NCBI GenBank assembly: GCA_951406725.2
Contig: OX597826.1
Coordinates: forward strand, 5,642,001-5,706,000
DNA from: Octopus vulgaris
Lineage: Eukaryota
Reading direction: 5' to 3'
Length of the DNA stretch: 64,000 nt
Each line of letters opens with the position of its first letter. The stretch's first letter is position 1. A program made the position numbers and the translations under genes. The notes under the pieces were generated by a model that saw only the letters and a program-made list of their open reading frames with translations, did not search any database and had not been told where the DNA came from. Shown one piece after another: positions 54,632 to 64,000 of this stretch.

Positions 54632-54680
54632 CATACAAATATATATATATATGTAAGTAATATTTAAACAAGCACTCATG
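54505..54680. repeat. 27-bp perfect inverted repeat bracketing microsatellite DNA
   Basis: CATGAGTGCTTGTTTAAATATTACTTA (54505-54531) / TAAGTAATATTTAAACAAGCACTCATG (54654-54680). Confidence 0.9.
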
Positions 54681-55374
54681 GGGAATATAAGCTGTCATTG
54701 TCTTTATTTATTTCGATATATATACATGCAAACATACATACATACATACATATATACATACATACAGACAGACATATATAGACTCACACACGCGCACACA
54801 CACTCACACACGTGCTCAAACACACACCGACACACACGCATATATACATATACGGCACACAGACAGACAGTTATATATGTGTGTGTGCATGTTTGCTTGT
54901 GTATACATGCATAAGTATGCTTGAGTAGTGCATGTGCGTAGGTGTACGTGTCCATGTATTGGCGCTGCCCTATTTCTCTGTGAACGCGCATGATTTATTC
55001 TTTGCAATTTCCGTGTAATTTATTTTTTCACAATATCCTGCTAATAACTTTGTTTTTCCCCCGTTCATCTCACATCATTTTTCTTTTTCTCTTCAGTTCT
55101 TCAAACACATACCCACACAGACAGGTATACATCCTCTTACAAGCTGTAAATTTATTAAAACATATTTCTATTCCCTTTTTGCAACGGGCATTAAAGTCAA
55201 TCATTGAAAAATTACAAATATATGCTCATACATATACATCTATTCATGCACAAACGGACATGCATATAGGCATTTATACATTCACAAACACACACAGAAA
55301 TACACATATATGTGGGCTGTGATGCATACATACATATATACATACATACATATATACATACATATATACATACA

Positions 55375-55418
<44 letters not shown>

Positions 55419-55779
55419 TGTATGTATATTGGTTGGATTGCTTAACTTGTAACCACATTCCTTGTTTAAGACAAATATGAAGATATATTGGCCCTCCAAC
55501 TTATAGATATATTTGTACATAATATATCGCTGGCGGTGGCGCTACCTTTCATATATTTTCAACTCGGTTTCACCCTAATACAATACCTGTATTACAATAT
55601 TAATACGATCCTCTGGCACAAACGCAAAATGTGAACAAAACAAAAAACATACACAGAACCCAAAATAAATTCCCAATTATAAATAAAAGGGGGAATAAAA
55701 ACAATAATCAATGCTTGTGTACTAGTGGCTCCTAATATTTTTCAGCATCACTCTTATTTTTTATCTTTAATTTCTTTCT

Positions 55780-56180
55780 GGCGCTGAAATTCAGCCATGA
55801 TGTGGCACGATCTTGAAATATTTTAGTCGAACGAATCGCCCCCAGTATTTGTATTTTTAGTCTAGTACTTATTTCTATCGTCTCTATCGCAAGACCGCCA
55901 GGTTACGGGACCGTAAGGAAACCTGCACCGGTTGTCAAACGTTAGTGGGGTACAAACTCAAACGCCAATACACATACACACACGTATGGATATTTAGATA
56001 TGCATGTAAATATATATATACAACATGCTTGTTTCAGTTTCCTTGTGCCAAATCCACACACTAGGCGTTGTTCGTCGAAGGATACAGCAGAAGGCACCTG
56101 GCCAATGTGCTGCGCAACGAGACTGAACGCTGAACATGTGGCTGAGAAACAAACGTCTTACCGCTCAACCGCGCCTCCGC
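55780..56180 (-). mobile_element. Diverged family C SINE
   Basis: TTTTAGTCGAACGAATCG..CTAGTACTTATT..GTTACGGG..CGGTTGTCAAAC..TTTCAGTTTCC..CCAAATCCAC. Confidence 0.65.
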
Positions 56181-56981
56181 TTATTGCAATACTAGCGTCT
56201 CTGGTCTTGCCTATTCGCAAAATATGCCTGTCACGAGGGTCTTGTACAAGTGTCGACGTTCAGACAGAGCAGCCTGCGAACGTACTTATACACAAGATAA
56301 CTGACATCATAAACAACGTAGAAGCCTCGATTTGAGCATAACACACAGCCTCGATTTGAGAAAGTCATTTTTAGGAATTTCTTCAAATACTAACTTATGT
56401 ACATGGTTACTCTCTTAATTTCTTGCTCATTTATGTTAACTGTCCGGTGTTCGGCCAAGCCTAACCTTTCTTTCTTGGTTCGGCCGCCGTCCGGGTAACA
56501 ACTATATTCCTCCCTGTGCCTGTGGAATATTGTATCTTTGCCGTAAAGCTTTACTTCCACAAACGCCAGCTTATTCGAATTTGTCCGTAGTCGAAAAACA
56601 CATGTTGTTATGTCCTGTTATTTGTATTTGTGTAACATTCTCCGTTTTTTTCCATCCTAGATTTTGTATACATTTGCTGCTTCCTTCCAAATATTTAATG
56701 TGGTGCTTATATCAATCTTCCTGCATTGTTTTGATGTCACGTCTAGTGAATATAATTTAAAGTGTTATAAATTATATATATTTTCCCGGCATTCGTTTAT
56801 CAAGGATAAGTGAAAAAATAATGGAACTGCGTTCCGATAAGATATTTGTTAAGTGAAAGCTGAGAATCTTTGCTAAATCACGAAAGCTGTAAAGTATAAA
56901 TATTCGTTTTTAAATCGTAATGAATTACACATTGGGTTTATGGTCTCCCTCATCCTTGATTCAAATAACTTCTACACTCAC

Positions 56982-57063
<82 letters not shown>

Positions 57064-57215
57064 GTGTGTGCGTCTGTGTGTGCGCGCGTGTGAGTGTCTG
57101 TGAGTGTATTTATGTGTATGTTTGTCTGGGTGTGTATACATGCATGGATACAAATAAATACACAATCAGTGGATTTCGGGGGTAAGTGTCTTACCAAAAC
57201 ATTGTGAGTGGATTT

Positions 57216-57269
<54 letters not shown>

Positions 57270-57674
57270 ATGGGACAAGAACGCAAAACATCGAGATAGC
57301 TGATACAAAGAAAACATGGACGGGTCATTCGGAGTTTTCTTTCCTCAGTCGAGTTCCAGATTATCTTTGCAATTTCTGCTGGTTATACTCGAGATTGCTC
57401 CAATCTGGCCAGCCGCAAGGAGAAACTAAGCTAAGAGCATTAAATTCCTTGGAAGAAAGGACGGAAAAAAACTGAGAATGTTACACAAATACAAATAACA
57501 GGTGTTTTTCGACTACGGACAAGTTAAATTAAGTTGGCGTTTGTGGAAGTAAAGCCTTACGGCAGAGATACAAGTTTTCTCAGGCACAGGGAGGAATACA
57601 GATGTTAACCGGATGGCGGCCGAACCAAGAAAGAAAAGTCAGGCTTAGCCGAACACCGGTCACGTGGGGACAGA

Positions 57675-57723
<49 letters not shown>

Positions 57724-58100
57724 AAGGCAGAAGGACAGAAGAAATAAGGTGGGGCGAGAGAAGTGACAAGGACACAGTGAAGTGAAAAGTGGAGGGAAAG
57801 TGAGCATCAAGAGAAGGCAAGGAAATGTGAGAGAGGGGGAACGGAGGAACGGAGACTGGAATAAATGAAGTAAACTTGAAAGGGCTGATAGAAAGCAGGA
57901 AATAATAATAGAAATAATAGAGTCGTGCAAGATTTAGATAAATATATACTTGCATATAAGTGTACGTACGCCGCTATATGTCTCGTATGTAAAAATACAA
58001 AATAGGACAAGAAAGCAAAACATTCAGACAGTTAGGTGATAGAAAGAAGGTACAACAAAACATCCAGATAGACGATACAAGGAAAATAAGGACGGGTCAT
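57270..58100. mobile_element. Terminally redundant non-coding repeat, family G; partial inverted copy at 56445-56658 and a fragment at 41425-41580
   Basis: GGACAAGAAxGCAAAACAT..GATACAA..GAAAA..GGACGGGTCAT at both about 57273 and about 58005-58100; 57458-57660 matches the reverse complement of 56445-56658. Confidence 0.65.
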
Positions 58101-58347
58101 GTGTTTATCATTTTGAATGTGTGTGTTACCCCCAACATACCATCGCTTGACATCCGATGTTGGTGTGTTAACTTAGCTGGTACGCAAAAGAGAATCGTAT
58201 GATATGTAGTAAGCTTATTGAGTCCTGGGTCCAATTTGTTCGGATAAATCCCCTTAAGTTGGTGCTCGATCTTTCGACTATAGAGGTGTTCTAGGCGGTG
58301 GTGCAGGTCGGCCGCAGTGAAATTATTGTAACAAGTAAAAGAATATT

Positions 58348-58414
<67 letters not shown>

Positions 58415-58416
58415 GC

Positions 58417-58510
<94 letters not shown>

Positions 58511-59208
58511 GGGCAGAGCCGACTCCAGGTCATGCCTGTTCGAAGAATTTCCCGTATTTTCGCAATATTTCTAGTCCCAAATGGCCTTTTTTTCATATCT
58601 ATGATTATGTCTTTCACTAAGTTAAGGGTGAAAATAAAGCAACCCCGCTAAACACAACTGAGCGTTTTGCACAGACACACAAAATAGGACCAATCAAATA
58701 AAGACAGCAGAGTGTACAACAACATCAGCGATCTTACCTTCGCCTGTACACTTAACAAGATATGTCAGTTAATCTTTTACACCTACGAGGCTCGATCGTA
58801 TTAGCACCAGTTGCTGGATAATTTTTCGTTCCTTTAAGAATAAATTAGGACAGAAACCTTTCATAGATTGGAATTTAAATTATAATCTCTATAGAAATCT
58901 ATTGTTTCAAGAAAACATTTAATTTGAACTACTTTATTATTTTTACGACTATAGATAACAACTCGCGTTGAAATTTCTGAGCGTGACTCAGGCGTGTGTG
59001 AGCTACGAATCATATTTTTTAACACTGGGCTGACGCTGAATGAAAATAAATGAGCTGCGACAAGACCCAATAAAAAGGAGCCTGAGTTACTGGCTGAAAT
59101 TACATACTTGAAGTAAGAAACTAAAGCAGCTTGCAAATACACGTTCACTTTACTAAATTTATATTCGGACTAACTCGAACAGCCCGAATGCCGGATCTAC
59201 CACTGATA

Positions 59209-60134
59209 TCTATATACATAAATGACAATTTCTGTGTGTTTTTGGCTGTGTGTTTTTGGCTATTTTGGCTTGTGAATTTGTTACTTGAAATCCTCTAAGT
59301 TTATCCAACCGATCTTGATGAAACTTGACCCGTGTGGCGGGAGTTATACACATGCGATCACTTACGCGCTTGCAATTTCAAAAAGCAAAAAAAATCGTTA
59401 ATTCGTGATCAGCATCGATTCTTCAAAAATCAGTAGGGCATTTCAACGCAAATTCGCATATGAACGTTATATCTACCATAACTTTTAAAGCTTTCAACTG
59501 ATTTTCTTGAAATTTCATTCACAGATGGAATATGCGCTAGGGTTGGGTTGAGGCAAATAAACTTTTACCTACACCACTGAAGCAAAGCCTAAGATGATTT
59601 TTGATTAACTGATTAACGAAAGGTGTCCTAAATTGCTGGAGATTAAAATGTTCATCAATTATTTCAGCATCCTTACATTGCTGTAACATGTATTTTCTTA
59701 ATATCTGCACATAAAATTGTCGGTTCTAACCGTTGTTATCGATATTTGGTCCTCACGATCACTGGAACTATACCCGTGAAACACAGTCGTCAAATTATGT
59801 GCTCTTAAAATTTTCTCTCGGGTTGAAAGTGAATTTGCAACAATATGACGAAAATCGTCATTTTTATATAATTTTTTTCACCTCATAGCCTTTTTTGCAT
59901 ATGTACAATTTCTAAATAATTATTTGTTTACAAAATTTATGTCCTTTGTTTTAAGGCTCACCTTTACAGTTCCCTTCTTGATATTTCCATTGATTATGTA
60001 TTTGCAGCTTTCCACTCACCTCATCATTCTGATTGCACACGTCTTGATTTCATTTTGCGTCTGAGAGTAATTAGGCATTGTAATGGGTACTGGGAATATC
60101 CCGGCTACCGGGTATTACAGGGTACCTCAGCATG
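59209..60134 (+). mobile_element. Putative non-autonomous Helitron/Helentron-type element
   Basis: Starts A|TCTATATACATAAA; internal CCGATCTTGATGAAACTTG motif; subterminal hairpin GGTAC..AATATCCCGG cta CCGGGTATT..GTACC; ends in CATG|T (non-canonical versus CTRR). Confidence 0.5.
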
Positions 60135-60211
<77 letters not shown>

Positions 60212-60267
60212 GCACAGAAACACACACGAACACGCACACACGCACACACGCACACACACACACACAA

Positions 60268-60313
<46 letters not shown>

Positions 60314-60519
60314 GTGTGGGAGATGTAGAAGAAACCATAACCCTGGGAAAAGATCGTGTCTTGTATCTGTCATATCTGTCGTAAAATATACCCACTAAAT
60401 ATATATTCTACATAGATATTCATGCATACATACATACATTCGTGCATAAGTAAATACATACATAGATCGATACGCACACACATATACGTCTTACCATTTT
60501 TATCAATAATATATATATG

Positions 60520-60595
<76 letters not shown>

Positions 60596-61143
60596 TTCTA
60601 GTCATTGAAAACTCTGGTTTCCAAAGACACTGTTTATCGTATTTCATACTTAGGTACCCTAGAAATTATTTGTATTTTATAGTCTTTTCCTTTAGGAAGA
60701 TGTTTAGAATTGAAGATATATGATTTTATTAAATTATTTCTTCATTTCTTTCTAAAATCTTGAGCGTAACGCACCCAGTTCCCTATTTCAACTCAAAGCA
60801 GAAAGTGATTTATTTATATTGCATGAGGCATAAACTTGGCGTCTTTTCGCTTTGTTTTTGTTCGACTTTGCTAAATTTATCTGAAATAATAATAGCTTTG
60901 CGGAAAAATAATGGGAGAAAACGATATTTCCCAATGTAGATATATGCTAAATGAAGAAGCTTTTCGAAACAAATCACTAATATTGCATTATTTGAGTGAG
61001 TTAAAAATATATAATTCAAGCACTGAATACTTAAAAAGCGTCTTGTCGAACGTAATCTTCGTAGGAAGCAACGTCATGTGGTGCAAACTTCAATTTTAAA
61101 ATAACGGAAGACATCGATAACACGGATGCGTTAATATTGTATG

Positions 61144-61217
<74 letters not shown>

Positions 61218-61306
61218 CATATATATATATATATGTATGTATATGTATGTATACATAAACATAATATATATATATATGTGTGTGTGTACATATATATGTA
61301 TCTATC

Positions 61307-61392
<86 letters not shown>

Positions 61393-61488
61393 ATATATAG
61401 ATAAATGTGCATATATGTTTGAGTATATCTCTAATATATGTTATATATATATAGGTGTGCTTATATGTCTACCTACCTACCTACCTAG

Positions 61489-62220
61489 TTATCGGTCAAA
61501 CCTCAATCTCCGCTCTTGGATGGTTGATGAGAGAGTTGGTATATTCCCATGTAACCTTTGTTTTAGGTGCTCCCTCCAAATGATGTTGAGCACTTCACGT
61601 AACATTCTGATGTAGGCACGGTCCAGTATGCACCTGAGTCTCTTAGTGAGAGTCCAAGTCAGATATCCAAATACAAGCACGGACTCAACAACTACTCTGA
61701 AGGACTGTCTCTTCATTTTATTGGTTGGGTTGATTTCCTTATGGCCCTAAGACCGTCTATATCTGCCCACGCCTTAGCACCGCAAGACTGAATATAATTT
61801 TCAGTGGACACAATATTGCTGCCAAGGTAAGTAAGCTCGTTGACATTTTTCATTTGATCAAGGGGATAAACGTTGGTCATTTATATACAGTCTTAAGTTA
61901 GCGATAGCATTTTCCAGGAGATAGATTAAAGCATCTTTTGTGTTGTCTGCATAATCGGCGTCAGTCAAGCAGGTGGCCGGATATTTTCTGCGTCTAGACT
62001 TCTGTAAACGGAATCTCAGATCATTGTGTTGATCTGTTGAGGTACGCAAAACATAATCGAGACACAGGATAAACAAATACGTAGCCAGTGTGTCACTGTG
62101 CATTACTCCTGTACGAATATCGAAGAAGTCAGCATCTCCATCTGGTGACCGCACTTTCGCTCGGGTATTTTATACAGCATCATTACTGCCTTTATTGTTT
62201 AATCAATGATACCACGTGAT
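61489..62220 (-). pseudogene. RTE-clade LINE reverse transcriptase relic
   Basis: VRSPDGDADFFDIRTGVMHSDTLATYLFILCLDYVLR..DADYADN (RT motifs) and VESVLVFG..TWTLTK....LD.AY.RMLR..LNI.W.......L.GNIP.LS..IQERRLRF (RTE C-terminus); frameshifted. Confidence 0.85.
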
Positions 62221-62229
62221 GTGATCGTA

Positions 62230-63308
62230 TTACCATTTGGGGCGTCTTTCTTTTGCAGTAATTCTCCCCTTTTCGTCGATTTTTGCGATAGCTAAAACGA
62301 AGGAACATCGTGCTTCGGTGAAATTCTCCTTTCTGTTGGGAAAAACAGCGGCCGAATTAGTTGTCATGCTTAAAACAGCTTACAAGAACGTTGCCACGAG
62401 CATAACACATTTTGACGAATGCTTTCCACTCTTTAGGGATGGCCACTTGTTGCTTGAAGACCAATCTCTTTCAGGAATATTCACGAACAGATCTTCGAGG
62501 GCCATCACCGAACAATTGTGGAACTTGTTGATACGATTGGTGAGCCCTGGAGCTCCTGCCAACGAATTTTGTGTGAGGAATCGTGAATGAAAAGAGCTGC
62601 AGCAAAATTTGTGCCTCCTTTGCTCACAGAATATCAAAATCAGTCACGAATGATGCGTGTCATGTACTGAATGAGCAGCTGGAAGTTGATCGGACCTCCT
62701 TTCGAAGGTCACCACTGGTGATTAAAGCTACTGCTACGGCTACGACACGGAAATGAAGCAGCAATCAAGTAAAGTGAAGACGCTGCTGATATATTTCATC
62801 TATGCTAAAGAATTTCTCCACAGAGAATTTGTTCTTGGTCAAACTGTTAACCAGACGTTTTACTTGGAAGTTCTGAAAGCGTTCGTAAAACAAACGAAAA
62901 CGCCGCGACCTGTGACAAAGAGGAAATTGGTGGTTTCATCGCGACAATGTGCCTATGCACACCGCCCTGAGCGTAAAAAAGTCGTTACGAAAAATGGCAT
63001 GACTCCTCTTACCCACCGTCCCTATTAACCCGATTTTGCTCCGTGTGATTCTTTTTTTGTTTCACTAAATGAAAACAGACCTTAAAGGAAAAGGTTATGC
63101 AGATGTGGATGCGGTAAAAAAAGAAACCGACGGAGGCGTTAAATGAAATCACTTGGCAATGAGATCCGGGTCTGCTTCGGTCAGTGGAGAACGCATCTGG
63201 ACCGATGCATGGTTTCAACTGGAGAACATTTTGAAGAAGATGAATGTGTAAAAATGAAAAAGTGAATAAAATAATATTGCAATATTCCGGTTTCTTTTGG
63301 GAACCCTG

Positions 63309-63310
<2 letters not shown>
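62230..63310 (+). pseudogene. Degraded mariner transposon (near full-length transposase relic plus right TIR)
   Basis: EHRASVKFSFLLGKTAAE (HTH), TGD*SYCYGYDTEMKQQSS, GQTVNQTFYLEVL, HRDN, HRPY*PDFAPCD; TIR-like ATTCCGGTTTCTTTTGGGAACCC at about 63285. Confidence 0.85.
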
Positions 63311-63369
<59 letters not shown>

Positions 63370-63512
63370 CAATAATAATAAAGGGCAAAACTAATTAATT
63401 AATTAATTATTAATTAAGAAATGGTAGAAATAACAAAATTTTTGGGCTGCTATTTCAAAAAGTTCGGTATGTGGTAAAGCAATTTTTTTTGCTGAACCCT
63501 AATTATATAAAG

Positions 63513-63569
<57 letters not shown>

Positions 63570-63570
<1 letters not shown>

Positions 63571-63715
63571 TTGTACTGATGTGTTTGGGGAGAGTCATTC
63601 TGTTTTAGTGTCTTTTAATTTAACACACTTACCGGTAAAATTTACATTTATTTCTTTGTTATTTTTCTAGAATTTTCGTTGCGTCTTGCGACCTTTTCAA
63701 TAGTTTTGACTCTCA
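63570..63715 (-). mobile_element. Repeat family F fragment with a variant (U3-A8) hammerhead motif at 63668-63703
   Basis: Minus strand: CTA TTGAAAA G GTCGC aagac GCAAC GAA AATT C TAG; homologous to 38355-38500. Confidence 0.6.
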
Positions 63716-63960
63716 CATACAGATATATGTGTGTGTCTGTGTGCTTGCGTCGGTGTATCCGTTTGTATGCGTATGTGTGTGAGTAAATGTCGGTGCGTCC
63801 GTGTCTTCGGGGATATTTGATTGATAGATAGATAGATAGATTGATTGATTGATAGATTGATTGATTTTATTATCATATAAATTAGTTCTTTTTTAATTCT
63901 TCCAACGTATTTATTTCCTTTCCAGTGTTATTTGAGTTCGCAAGAAAATTATTTGTATCT

Positions 63961-64000
63961 TAGCTTTTATGTATTTCTTTTTTTTTTGTTTTTTCTATAG
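63961..64000 (+). promoter_or_regulatory. Candidate 3' splice acceptor (polypyrimidine tract plus TAG) at the window end
   Basis: TATTTCTTTTTTTTTGTTTTTCTATAG terminates the window; the downstream exon is not visible. Confidence 0.4.

Overview
Eukaryotic, AT-rich, essentially non-genic DNA, not a prokaryotic locus. The SINE families and the dense (TA)n/(CA)n/(TATC)n/(AAT)n microsatellites look like an Octopus-type cephalopod genome (inference from recognising the repeats; no search was run). I find no host protein-coding exon. Almost all ORFs in the track are microsatellite artefacts. The window ends exactly on a polypyrimidine-tract/AG, so it may be the 3' part of a very large intron. All real coding remnants come from transposons: a young 5'-truncated R4/Dong-type RT+RLE retrotransposon in a (TAA)n array (4131-6048), a Penelope-like GIY-YIG fragment between long inverted repeats, a Helitron RepHel N-terminal fragment, several mariner/Tc1 relics and an RTE RT relic. 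The most notable unannotated signal is a set of minimal type I hammerhead ribozyme (HHR) motifs in at least four unrelated repeat families. These include (i) a tRNA-headed, (AAT)n-containing, HHR-tailed element present as a head-to-head dimer (33318-34617) with a third copy at about 45231, and (ii) a roughly 525-nt terminally redundant HHR-bearing non-coding element with an inverted end (30236-31080) that looks like a retrozyme. (TAA)n arrays act as shared, orientation-specific landing pads for two retroelement families.
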